Assembly (NCBI RefSeq): GCF_009914755.1
Contig: NC_060929.1
Length of the DNA: 64,000 bases
Direction: 5' to 3' (one strand)
Origin: the human T2T-CHM13v2.0 reference genome, Homo sapiens
Part shown: one piece after another, positions 51,301 through 64,000 of the stretch
How positions within the stretch are numbered: position 1 is the first letter of the stretch
Layout: each line of letters starts with the position of its first letter
Notes under the pieces: generated by a model
The model's input: only the letters and a program-made list of their open reading frames with translations
The model's database searches: none
Told to the model about the DNA's origin: nothing
Translations under genes and position numbers: made by a program

Positions 51301-54300
51301 GATTTGAAACACTCTTTTTGTGGAATTTGCAAGTGGAGATTTCAGCCGCTTTAACGTCAATGGTAGAAAAGGAAATATCTTCGCATAAAAACAAGACAGA
51401 ATCATTTTCAGAAACTGCTTTGTGATGTGTGCATTCAACTCACAGAGTTTAACCTTTGTTTTCCTAGAGCCGTTTGGAAACACACAGTTTGTCAAATCTG
51501 TAAGTCGATATTCGGACCTATTTGAGGCCTTCGTTGGAAACGGGATTTCTTCATATAATGCTAGAAAGAAGAATTCTCAGTAACTTCCTTGTGTTGTGTG
51601 TAATCAACTCACAGAATAGAACGTTCCTTTAGATAGAGCAGATTTGAAACACTCTTTTTGTGGAAGTTGCACGTGGAGATTTCAAGCGCTTTGTGGCCAG
51701 TGGTAGAAAATGAAATATCTTCGTATAAAAAGTACACAGAATCATTCTCAGAAACTACTTTCTGATGTGTGCGTTCAACTCTCGGAGTTTAAACTTTCTT
51801 TTCATAGAGCAGTTTGGAAACAGTGTGTTTGTAAAGTCTGCAAGGGGATATTCGGACCTCTTTGGCGCGTTATTTTGAAACGGGGTTTCTCCATATAATG
51901 CTAGACAGAAGAATTGTCAGTAACTTGTTTGTGTTGTGTGTGTTCAACTCACTGAGTTGAACCTTCCTTTAGACAGAGCAGATTTGAAACACTCTTTTTG
52001 TGGAATTTGCAAGTGGAGATTTCAAGCGCTTTGAGGCCAAAGGCAGAAAAGGAAATATCTTCGTATAGAAACTAGATAGATCATTCTCAGAAACTGCTTT
52101 GTGATGTGTGCGTTCAACTCACAGAGTTTCACTTATCTTTTCGTACAGCAGTTTGGAAACACTCTGTTTGTAATGTCTGCAAGTGGATATTTTGACCTCT
52201 TTGAGGTCTTCGTTGGAAATGGGTTTTATTCATGTAAGGCTAGACAGAAGAATTCTCAGTAACTTCTTTGTATTGTGTGTATTCCACTGACAGAGTTGAC
52301 CCTTCCTTTAGACAGAGCACATTTGAACCACTCTTTTTGTGGAATTTGCAAGTGGAGATTTCAGACGCATTGAGGTCAATGGTAGAAAAGGAAATATCTT
52401 CGTATAAAAACTAGACAGAATGATTCTCAGAACCTGCTTCGTGATGTGTGTGTTCAGTTCAAAGAGTTTTACCTTTCTTTTCATAGAGCAGTTAGGAAAC
52501 ACTCTGTTTGAACAGTCTGAAAGTGGATATTCCGATCTCTTTGAGGCCTTCGTTGGAAAAGGGATTTCTTCATATAATGCTAGACAGAGGAATTCTCAGT
52601 AACTTCACTGTGTTGTGTGTATTCAAATCACAGAGTTGAACGTTCCTTTAGACAGAGCAGACTTGAAACACTCTTTTTGTGGAATTTGCAATAGGAAATT
52701 TCAAGCGCTTTGACGCCAAAGGCAGAAGAGGAAATATCTTCGTATAAAAACAAGTCAGAATCATTCTCAGAAACTGCTTAATCATGTGTGCTTTCGACTC
52801 ACGGAGTTTCACCTACCTTTTCATAAAGCAGTTTGGAAACACTCTGTTTGTAAAGTCTGTACGTGGATATTTGGACATCTTTGAGGCCTTCGTTGGAAAC
52901 GGGTTTTATTCATGTAAGGCTAGACAGAAGATTTCTCAGTAACTTGTTTGTGTTGTGTGTATTCAACTGACAGAGTTGACCCTTCTTTTAGGTAGAGCAG
53001 ATTTGACACACTCTTTTTGTGGAATTTGCAAGTGCAGATTTCAGACGCTTTGAGGTCAATGGTAGAAAAGGACATTTCTTCGTATAAAAACTTGACAGAA
53101 TGATTCTCAGAAACTGCTTTGTGATGTATGCATTCAATTCAAAGAGTTCTACCTTTCTTTTCATGGAGCACTTAGGAAACACTCTGTTTGTAAAGACTGC
53201 AAGTGGATATTCGGACCTCTATGAGGCCTTCTTTGGAAAAGGGATTTCTTCATATAATGCTAGACAGAGGAATTCTTCGTAACTTCTTTGTATTGTGTGT
53301 ATTCAACTCACAGAGTTGAACCTTCTTTTAGATAGAGCAGATTTGAAACACACTTTTTGTGGAATTTCCAATTGGAGATTTCAAGCGCTTCGGGGCCAAT
53401 GGTGGAAAAGGAAAAATCTTCACATAAAAAATAGACAAACTCATTCCCAGAAACTGTGTAGTGATGTGTATGTTTAACTCGCAGAGTTTATCCTTTCTTT
53501 TCATAGAGCAGTTGGGAAACACTCTGTTTGAAAAGTCTGCATGTGGATATTTGGACCGCCATGAGGCGTTCTTTGGAAATGGTATTTCTTCATTTAAGGC
53601 TACACAGAAGAATTCTCAGTAACTTCCTTGTGTTGTGTGTATTCAGCTCACAGAGTTGAACCTTCTTTTAGATAGAGCAGATTTGAAAGACACTTTTTGG
53701 GGAATTTGCAAGTGGGGATTTCAAGCGCTTTGAGGCCAACGGTGGAAAAGGAAATATCTTCGAATAAAAAGTAGACAGAATCATTCCCAGAAACTGCGTT
53801 TTGATGTGTGCGTTCACCTAACAGAGTTTAACCTTCCTTTTCATAGAGCAGTTGGGAAACGCTATGTTTGTAAAGTCTGCAAGTGGATATTGGGAACTCT
53901 TTGAGGCCTTCATTGGGAATGGGGTTTCTTCATATAATGCTAGACAGAAGATTTCCCAGTAACTTCTTCCTGTTGTGTGTATTCAACTGACAACAGATGA
54001 ACCTTCCTTTAGAGAGAGCAGATTTGAAACACTCTTTTTGTGGAATTTGCAAGTGGAGATTTCAGCCGCTTTAACATCAATGGTAGAAAAGGAAATATCT
54101 TCGCATAAAAACAAGACAGAATCATTTTCAGAAACTGCTTTGTGATGTGTGCATTCAACTCACAGAGTTTAACCTTTGTTTTCCTAGAGCCGTTTGGAAA
54201 CACACAGTTTGTCAAATCTGTAAGTCGATATTCGGACCTATTTGAGGCCTTCGTTGGAAACGGGATTTCTTCATATAATGCTAGAAAGAAGAATTCTCAG

Positions 54301-57300
54301 TAACTTCCTTGTGTTGTGTGTAATCAACTCACAGAATAGAACGTTCCTTTAGATAGAGCAGATTTGAAACACTCTTTTTGTGGAAGTTGCACGTGGAGAT
54401 TTCAAGCGCTTTGTGGCCGGTGGAAGAAAATGAAATATCTTCGTATAAAAAGTACACAGAATCATTCTCAGAAACTACTTTCTGATGTGTGCGTTCAACT
54501 CTCGGAGGTTAAACTTTCTTTTCATAGAGCAGTTTGGAAACAGTGTGTTTGTAAAGTCTGCAAGTGGATATTCGGACCTCTTTGGCACCTTAATTTGAAA
54601 CGGGGTTTCTCCCTATAATGCTAGACAGAAGAATTCTCAGTAACTTGTTTGTGTTGTGTGTGTTCAACTCACAGAGTTGAACCTTCCTTTAGACAGAGCA
54701 GATTTGAAACACTCTTTTTGTGGAATTTGCAAGTGGAGATTTCAAGCGCTTTGAGGCCAAAGGCAGAAAAGGAAATATCTTCGTATAAAAACTAGATAGA
54801 TCATTCTCAGAAACTGCTTTGTGATGTGTGCGTTCAACTCACAGAGTTTCACTTATCTTTTCGTACAGCAGTTTGGAAACACTCTGTTTGTAATGTCTGC
54901 AAGTGGATATTTTGACCTCTTTGAGGTCTTCGTTGGAAACGGGTTTTATTCATGTAAGGCTAGACAGAAGAATTCTCAGTAACTTATTTGTATTGTGTGT
55001 ATTCCACTGACAGAGTTGACCCTTCCTTTAGACAGAGCACATTTGAACCACTCTTTTTGTGGAATTTGCAAGTGGAGATTTCAGACGCATTGAGGTCAAT
55101 GGTAGAAAAGGAAATATCTTCGTGTAAAAACTAGACAGAATGATTCTCAGAACCTGCTTCGTGATGTGTGTGTTCAGTTCAAAGAGTTTTACCTTTCTTT
55201 TCATAGAGCAGTTAGGAAACACTCTGTTTGAACAGTCTGAAAGTGGATATTCCGATCTCTTTGAGGCCTTCGTTGGAAAAGGGATTTCTTCATATAATGC
55301 TAGACAGAGGAATTCTCAGTAACTTCTCTGTGTTGTGTGTATTCAAATCACAGAGTTGAACGTTCCTTTAGACAGAGCAGACTTGAAACACTCTTTTTGT
55401 GGAATTTGCAATAGGAAATTTCAAGCGCTTTGACGCCAAAGGCAGAAGAGGAAATATCTTCGTATTAAAACAAGTCAGAATCATTCTCAGAAACTGCTTA
55501 ATCATGTGTGCGTTCGACTCACGGAGTTTAACCTACCCTTTCATACAGCAGTTTGGAAACACTCTGTTTGTAAAGTCTGCACGTGGATATTTGGACATCT
55601 TTGAGGCCTTCGTTGGAAACGGGTTTTATTCATGTAAGGCTAGACCGAAGATTTCTCAGTAACTTGTTTGTGTTGTGTGTATTCACCTGACAGAGTTGAC
55701 CCTTCTTTTAGGTAGAGCAGATTTGAGACACTCTTTTTGTGGAATTTGCAAGTGGAGATTTCAGACGCTTTGAGGTCAATGGTAGAAAAGGAAATTTCTT
55801 CGTATAAAAACTTGACAGAATGATTCTCAGAAACTGCTTTGTGATGTATGCGTTCAATTCAAAGAGTTCTACCTTTCTTTTCATAGAGCACTTAGGAAAC
55901 ACTCTGTTTGTAAAGACTGCAAGTGGATATTCGGACCTCTATGAGGCCTTCTTTGGAAAAGGGATTTCTTCATATAATGCTAGACAGAGGAATTCTTCGT
56001 AACTTCTTTGTATTGTGTGTATTCAACTCACAGAGTTGAACCTTCTTTTAGATAGAGCAGATTTGAAACACACTTTTTGTGGAATTTCCAATTGGAGATT
56101 TCAAGCGCTTCGGGGCCAATGGTAGAAAAGGAAAAATCTTCACATAAAAACTAGACAAACTCATTCCCAGAAACTGTGTAGTGATGTGTATGTTTAACTC
56201 ACAGAGTTTATCCTTTCTTTTCATAGAGCAGTTGGGAAACACTCTGTTTGAAAAGTCTGCATGTGGATATTTGGACCGCCATGAGGCGTTCTTTGGAAAT
56301 GGTATTTCTTCATTTAAGGCTACACAGAAGAATTCTCAGTAACTTCCTTGTGTTGTGTGTATTCAGCTCACAGAGTTGAACCTTCTTTTAGATAGAGCAG
56401 ATTTGAAAGACACTTTTTGGGGAATTTGCAAGTGGGGATTTCAAGCGCTTTGAGGCCAGCGGTAGAAAAGGAAATATCTTCGAATAAAAAGTAGACAGAA
56501 TCATTCCCAGAAACTGCGTTTTGATGTGTGCGTTCACCTAACAGAGTTTAACCTTCCTTTTCATAGAGCAGTTGGGAAACGCTATGTTTGTAAAGTCTGC
56601 AAGTGGATATTGGGAACTCTTTGAGGCCTTCATTGGGAATGGGGTTTCTTCATATAACGCTAGACAGAAGATTTCCCAGTAACTTCTTCCTGTTGTGTGT
56701 ATTCAACTGACAACAGATGAACCTTCCTTTAGAGAGAGCAGATTTGAAACACTCTTTTTGTGGAATTTGCAAGTGGAGATTTCAGCCGCTTTAACGTCAA
56801 TGGTAGAAAAGGAAATATCTTCGCATAAAAACAAGACAGAATCATTTTCAGAAACTGCTTTGTGATGTGTGCATTCAACTCACAGAGATTAACCTTTGTT
56901 TTCCTAGAGCCGTTTGGAAACACACAGTTTGTCAAATCTGTAAGTCGATATTCGGACCTATTTGAGGCCTTCGTTGGAAACGGGATTTCTTCATATAATG
57001 CTAGAAAGAAGAATTCTCAGTAACTTCCTTGTGTTGTGTGTAATCAACTCACGGAATAGAACGTTCCTTTAGATAGAGCAGATTTGAAACACTCTTTTTG
57101 TGGAAGTTGCACGTGGAGATTTCAAGCGCTATGTGGCCAGTGGTAGAAAATGAAATATCTTCGTATAAAAAGTACACAGAATCATTCTCAGAAACTACTT
57201 TCTGATGTGTGCGTTCAACTCTCGGAGGTTAAACTTTCTTTTCATAGAGCAGTTTGGAAACAGTGTGTTTGTAAAGTCTGCAAGTGGATATTCGGACCTC

Positions 57301-60300
57301 TTTGGCGCCTTAATTTGAAACGGGGTTTCTCCCTATAATGCTAGACAGAAGAATTCTCAGTAACTTGTTTGTGTTGTGTGTGTTCAACTCACAGAGTTGA
57401 ACCTTCCTTTAGACAGAGCAGATTTGAAACACTCTTTTTGTGGAATTTGCAAGTGGAGATTTCAAGCGTTTGAGGCCAAAGGCAGAAAAGGAAATATCTT
57501 CGTATAAAAACTAGATAGATCATTCTCAGAAACTGCTTTGTGATGTGTGCGTTCAACTCACAGAGTTTCACTTATCTTTTCGTACAGCAGTTTGGAAACA
57601 CTCTGTTTGTAATGTCTGCAAGTGGATATTTTGACCTCTTTGAGGTCTTCGTTGGAAACGGGTTTTATTCATGTAAGGCTAGACAGAAGAATTCTCAGTA
57701 ACTTCTTTGTATTGTGTGTATTCCACTGACAGAGTTGACCCTTCCTTTAGACAGAGCACATTTGAACCACTCTTTTTGTGGAATTTGCAAGTGGAGATTT
57801 CAGACGCATTGAGGTCAATGGTAGAAAAGGAAATATCTTCGTATAAAAACTAGACAGAATGATTCTCAGAACCTGCTTCGTGATGTGTGTGTTCAGTTCA
57901 AAGAGTTTTACCTTTCTTTTCATAGAGCAGTTAGGAAACACTCTGTTTGAACAGTCTGAAAGTGGATATTCCGATCTCTTTGAGGCCTTCGTTGGAAAAG
58001 GGATTTCTTCATATAATGCTAGACAGAGGAATTCTCAGTAACTTCTCTGTGTTGTGTGTATTCAAATCACAGAGTTGAACGTTCCTTTAGACAGAGCAGA
58101 CTTGAAACACTCTTTTTGTGGAATTTGCAATAGGAAATTTCAAGCGCTTTGACGCCAAAGGCAGAAGAGGAAATATCTTCGTATAAAAACAAGTCAGAAT
58201 CATTCTCAGAAACTGCTTAATCATGTGTGCGTTCGACTCACGGAGTTTAACCTACCTTTTCATACAGCAGTTTGGAAACACTCTGTTTGTAAAGTCTGCA
58301 CGTGGATATTTGGACATCTTTGAGGCCTTCGTTGGAAACGGGTTTTATTCATGTAAGGCTAGACCGAAGATTTCTCAGTAACTTCTTTGTGTTGTGTGTA
58401 TTCAACTGACAGAGTTGACCCTTCTTTTAGGTAGAGCAGATTTGACACACTCTTTTTGTGGAATTTGCAAGTGCAGATTTCAGACGCTTTGAGGTCAATG
58501 GTAGAAAAGGAAATTTCTTCGTATAAAAACTTGACAGAATGATTCTCAGAAACTGCTTTGTGATGTATGCGTTCAATTCAAAGAGTTCTACCTTTCTTTT
58601 CATAGAGCACTTAGGAAACACTCTGTTTGTAAAGACTGCAAGTGGATATTCGGACCTCTATGAGGCCTTCTTTGGAAAAGGGATTTCTTCATATAATGCT
58701 AGACAGAGGAATTCTTCGTAACTTCTTTGTATTGTGTGTATTCAACTCACAGAGTTGAACCTTCTTTTAGATAGAGCAGATTTGAAACACACTTTTTGTG
58801 GAATTTCCAATTGGAGATTTCAAGCGCTTCGGGGCCAATGGTAGAAAAGGAAAAATCTTCACATAAAAACTAGACAAACTCATTCCCAGAAACTGTGTAG
58901 TGATGTGTATGTTTAACTCACAGAGTTTATCCTTTCTTTTCATAGAGCAGTTGGGAAACACTCTGTTTGAAAAGTCTGCATGTGGATATTTGGACCGCCA
59001 TGAGGCGTTCTTTGGAAATGGTATTTCTTCATTTAAGGCTACACAGAAGAATTCTCAGTAACTTCCTTGTGTTGTGTGTATTCAGCTCACAGAGTTGAAC
59101 CTTCTTTTAGATAGAGCAGATTTGAAAGACACTTTTTGGGGAATTTGCAAGTGGGGATTTCAAGCGCTTTGAGGCCAACGGTAGAAAAGGATATATCTTC
59201 GAATAAAAAGTAGACAGAATCATTCCCAGAAACTGCGTTTTGATGTGTGCGTTCACCTAACAGAGTTTAACCTTCCTTTTCATAGAGCAGTTGGGAAACG
59301 CTATGTTTGTAAAGTCTGCAAGTGGATATTGGGAACTCTTTGAGGCCTTCATTGGGAATGGGGTTTCTTCATATAACGCTAGACAGAAGATTTCCCAGTA
59401 ACTTCTTCCTGTTGTGTGTATTCAACTGACAACAGATGAACCTTCCTTTAGAGAGAGCAGATTTGAAACACTTTTTTTGTGGAATTTGCAAGTGGAGATT
59501 TCAGCCGCTTTAACGTCAATGGTAGAAAAGGAAATATCTTCGCATAAAAACAAGACAGAATCATTTTCAGAAACTGCTTTGTGATGTGTGCATTCAACTC
59601 ACAGAGATTAACCTTTGTTTTCCTAGAGCCGTTTGGAAACAAACAGTTTTTCAAATCTGTAAGTCGATATTCGGACCTATTAGAGGCCTTCGTTGGAAAC
59701 GGGATTTCTTCATATAATGCTAGAAAGAAGAATTCTCAGTAACTTCCTTGTGTTGTGTGTAATCAACTCACAGAATAGAACGTTCCTTTAGATAGAGCAG
59801 ATTTGAAACACTCTTTTTGTGGAAGTTGCACGTGGAGATTTCAAGCGCTTTGTGGTCAGTGGTAGAAAATGAAATATCTTCGTATAAAAAGTACACAGAA
59901 TCATTCTCAGAAACTACTTTCTGATGTGTGCGTTCAACTCTCGGAGGTTAAACTTTCTTTTCATAGAGCAGTTTGGAAACAGTGTGTTTGTAAAGTCTGC
60001 AAGTGGATATTCGGACCTCTTTGGCGCCTTATTTTGAAACGGGGTTTCTCCATATAATGCTAGACAGAAGAATTCTCAGTAACTTGTTTGTGTTGTGTGT
60101 GTTCAACTCACAGAGTTGAACCTTCCTTTAGACAGAGCAGATTTGAAACACTCTTTTTGTGGAATTTGCAAGTGGAGATTTCAAGCGCTTTGAGGCCAAA
60201 GGCAGAAAAGGAAATATCTTCGTATAAAAACTAGATAGATCATTCTCAGAAACTGCTTTGTGATGTGTGTGTTCAACTCACAGAGTTTCACTTATCTTTT

Positions 60301-63300
60301 CGTACAGCAGTTTGGAAACACGCTGTTTGTAATGTCTGCAAGTGGATATTTGACCTCTTTGAGGTCTTCGTTGGAAACGGGTTTTATTCATGTAAGGCTA
60401 GACAGAAGAATTCTCAGTAACTTCTTTGTATTGTGTGTATTCCACTGACAGAGTTGACCCTTCCTTTAGACAGAGCACATTTGAACTACTCTTTTTGTGG
60501 AATTTGCAAGTGGAGATTTCAGAGGCATTGAGGTCAATGGTAGAAAAGGAAATATCTTCGTATAAAAACTAGACAGAATGATTCTCAGAACCTGCTTCGT
60601 GATGTGTGTGTTCAGTTCAAAGAGTTTTACCTTTCTTTTCATAGAGCAGTTAGGAAACACTCTGTTTGAACAGTCTGAAATTGGATATTCCGATCTCTTT
60701 GAGGCCTTCGTTGGAAAAGGGATTTCTTCATATAATGCTAGACAGAGGAATTCTCAGTAACTTCTCTGTGTTGTGTGCATTCAAATCACAGAGTTGAACG
60801 TTCCTTTAGACAGAGCAGACTTGAAACACTCTTTTTGTGGAATTTGCAATAGGAAATTTCAAGCGCTTTGAGGCCAAAGGCAGAAGAGGAAATATCTTCG
60901 TATAAAAACAAGTCAGAATCATTCTCAGAAACTGCTTAATCATGTGTGCGTTCGACTCATGGAGTTTAACCTACCTTTTCATACAGCAGTTTGGAAACAC
61001 TCTGTTTGGAAAGTCTGCACGTGGATATTTGGACATCTTTGAGGCCTTCGTTGGAAACGGGTTTTATTCATGTAAGGCTAGACCGAAGATTTCTCAGTAA
61101 CTTGTTTGTGTTGTGTGTATTCACCTGACAGAGTTGACCCTTCTTTTAGGTAGAGCAGATTTGAGACACTCTTTTTGTGGAATTTGCAAGTGGAGATTTC
61201 AGACGCTTTGAGGTCAATGGTAGAAAAGGAAATTTCTTCGTATAAAAACTTGACAGAATGATTCTCAGAAACTGCTTTGTGATGTATGCGTTCAATTCAA
61301 AGAGTTCTACCTTTCTTTTCATAGAGCACTTAGGAAACACTCTGTTTGTAAAGACTGCAAGTGGATATTCGGACCTCTATGAGGCCTTCTTTGGAAAAGG
61401 GATTTCTTCATATAATGCTAGACAGAGGAATTCTTCGTAACTTCTTTGTATTGTGTGTATTCAACTCACAGAGTTGAACCTTCTTTTAGATAGAGCAGAT
61501 TTGAAACACACTTTTTGTGGAATTTCCAATTGGAGATTTCAAGCGCTTCGGGGCCAATGGTAGAAAAGGAAAAATCTTCACATAAAAACTAGACAAACTC
61601 ATTCCCAGAAACTGTGTAGTGATGTGTATGTTTAACTCACAGAGTTTATCCTTTCTTTTCATAGAGCAGTTGGGAAACACTCTGTTTGAAAAGTCTGCAT
61701 GTGGATATTTGGACCGCCATGAGGCGTTCTTTGGAAATGGTATTTCTTCATTTAAGGCTACACAGAAGAATTCTCAGTAACTTCCTTGTGTTGTGTGTAT
61801 TCAGCTCACAGAGTTGAACCTTCTTTTAGATAGAGCAGATTTGAAAGACACTTTTTGGGGAATTTGCAAGTGGGGATTTCAAGCGCTTTGAGGCCAGCGG
61901 TGGAAAAGGAAATATCTTCGAATAAAAAGTAGACAGAATCATTCCCAGAAACTGCGTTTTGATGTGTGCGTTCACCTAACAGAGTTTAACCTTCCTTTTC
62001 ATAGAGCAGTTGGGAAACGCTATGTTTGTAAAGTCTGCAAGTGGATATTGGGAACTCTTTGAGGCCTTCATTGGGAATGGGGTTTCTTCATATAACGCTA
62101 TACAGAAGATTTCCCAGTAACTTCTTCCTGTTGTGTGTATTCAACTGACAACAGATGAACCTTCCTTTAGAGAGAGCAGATTTGAAACACTCTTTTTGTG
62201 GAATTTGCAAGTGGAGATTTCAGCCGCTTTAACGTCAATGGTGGAAAAGGAAATATCTTCGCATAAAAACAAGACAGAATCATTTTCAGAAACTGCTTTG
62301 TGATGTGTGCATTCAACTCACAGAGTTTAACCTTTGTTTTCATAGAGCCGTTTGGAAACACACAGTTTGTCAAATCTGTAAGTCGATATTCGGACCTATT
62401 TGAGGCCTTCGTTGGAAACGGGATTTCTTCATATAATGCTAGAAAGAAGAATTCTCAGTAACTTCCTTGTGTTGTGTGTAATCAACTCACAGAATAGAAC
62501 GTTCCTTTAGATAGAGCAGATTTGAAACACTCTTTTTGTGGAAGTTGCACGTGGAGATTTCAAGCGCTTTGTGGCCAGTGGTAGAAAATGAAATATCTTC
62601 GTATAAAAAGTACACAGAATCATTCTCAGAAACTACTTTCTGATGTGTGCGTTCAACTCTCGGAGTTTAAACTTTCTTTTCATAGAGCAGTTTGGAAACA
62701 GTGTGTTTGAAAAGTCTGCAAGTGGATATTCGGACCTCTTTGGCGCCTTAATTTGAAACGGGGTTTCTCCCTATAATGCTAGACAGAAGAATTCTCAGTA
62801 ACTTGTTTGTGTTGTGTGTGTTCAACTCACAGAGTTGAACCTTCCTTTAGACAGAGCAGATTTGAAACACTCTTTTTGTGGAATTTGCAAGTGGAGATTT
62901 CAGGCGCTTTGAGGCCAAAGGCAGAAAAGGAAATATCTTCGTATAAAAACTAGATAGATCATTCTCAGAAACTGCTTTGTGATGTGTGCGTTCAACTCAC
63001 AGAGTTTCACTTATCTTTTCGTACAGCAGTTTGGAAACACTCTGTTTGTAATGTCTGCAAGTGGATATTTTGACCTCTTTGAGGTCTTCGTTGGAAACGG
63101 GTTTTATTCATGTAAGGCTAGACAGAAGAATTCTCAGTAACTTCTTTGTATTGTGTGTATTCCACTGACAGAGTTGACCCTTCCTTTAGACAGAGCACAT
63201 TTGAACCACTCTTTTTGTGGAATTTGCAAGTGGAGATTTCAGACGCATTGAGGTCAATGGTAGAAAAGGAAATATCTTCGTATAAAAACTAGACAGAATG

Positions 63301-64000
63301 ATTCTCAGAACCTGCTTCGTGATGTGTGTGTTCAGTTCAAAGAGTTTTACCTTTCTTTTCATAGAGCAGTTAGGAAACACTCTGTTTGAACAGTCTGAAA
63401 GTGGATATTCCGATCTCTTTGAGGCCTTCGTTGGAAAAGGGATTTCTTCATATAATGCTAGACAGAGGAATTCTCAGTAACTTCTCTGTGTTGTGTGTAT
63501 TCAAATCACAGAGTTGAACGTTCCTTTAGACAGAGCAGACTTGAAACACTCTTTTTGTGGAATTTGCAATAGGAAATTTCAAGCGCTTTGACGCCAAAGG
63601 CAGAAGAGGAAATATCTTCGTATAAAAACAAGTCAGAATCATTCTCAGAAACTGCTTAATCATGTGTGCGTTCGACTCACGGAGTTTAACCTACCTTTTC
63701 ATAAAGCAGTTTGGAAACACTCTGTTTGTAAAGTCTGCACGTGGATATTTGGACATCTTTGAGGCCTTCGTTGGAAACGGGTTTTATTCATGTAAGGCTA
63801 GACAGAAGATTTCTCAGTAACTTGTTTGTGTTGTGTGTATTCAACTGACAGAGTTGACCCTTCTTTTAGGTAGAGCAGATTTGACACACTCTTTTTGTGG
63901 AATTTGCAAGTGCAGATTTCAGACGCTTTGAGGTCAATGGTAGAAAAGGACATTTCTTCGTATAAAAACTTGACAGAATGATTCTCAGAAACTGCTTTGT

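Larger units (their letters stand above)
20390..64000 (+). repeat. Homogeneous 16-mer alpha satellite higher-order repeat array (~2.72 kb unit, ~16 copies, runs off the window end), SF1 dimeric ancestry
   Basis: The same marker ORF occurs at 22735, 25456, 28173, 30890, 33607, 35985, 38706, 41426, 44147, 46867, 49588, 52308, 55028, 57747, 60466 and 63186. Spacings are 2717-2721 bp (16 x ~170), except one of 2378. Once-per-unit markers include ggaccgccatgaggcg, gttgcacgtgg, actagatagatc and acaagtcagaatc. Confidence 0.97.

Noticed and set aside
197-63480. Many 60-108 aa ORFs on both strands (MFPNCSMKRKVKL..., MILRNCFVM..., MKYLRIK...)
   Set aside because: They are translations of the satellite consensus recurring at monomer or HOR period. 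Many begin at GTG/TTG, none has a recognisable domain, and stops and frameshifts appear freely among paralogs. They are useful only as period markers.
2541-64000. CRISPR-like repeat/spacer appearance
   Set aside because: The intervening sequences are homologous to one another rather than unique spacers, there are no cas genes, and the sequence is eukaryotic satellite.
20390-64000. Identification as D17Z1, D20Z2 or D7Z2 (other ~2.7-kb 16-mers)
   Set aside because: D17Z1 is pentameric SF3, D20Z2 is SF2 and D7Z2 is SF5. This array has a strict 340-bp EcoRI-type dimer substructure matching SF1 as I recall it. An HMM or BLAST search is needed to be definitive.

Overview
The whole 64 kb window is primate (human-type) centromeric alpha satellite built from ~171-bp monomers. 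I see no credible genes, transposons or RNA genes, and every listed ORF is a recurrent by-product of the repeat. There are three layers. (1) 1-~2540: divergent monomeric A-type alpha satellite with no CENP-B boxes, in the opposite orientation to the rest. (2) ~2541-~20390: after a sharp strand switch, divergent ~340-bp A/B dimeric alpha satellite of suprachromosomal family 1 (SF1, J1/J2 'EcoRI dimer' type), with nested relict duplications, truncated monomers, a short archaic-monomer island and a proto-HOR transition zone. (3) ~20390-64000: a homogeneous 16-monomer higher-order repeat (HOR) of 2717-2721 bp, ~16 copies, with only 3 of 8 CENP-B boxes intact. The HOR array contains one 14-mer deletion variant, one out-of-register conversion tract, and 1-HOR and 2-HOR local duplications. 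This looks like the edge of a probably inactive SF1 HOR array. A 16-mer SF1 HOR suggests human chr5 S1C5H2, but that is recall-based inference and unverified. I found no new gene system; the interest lies in the readable record of how the HOR arose and is turning over. All counts were made by eye.
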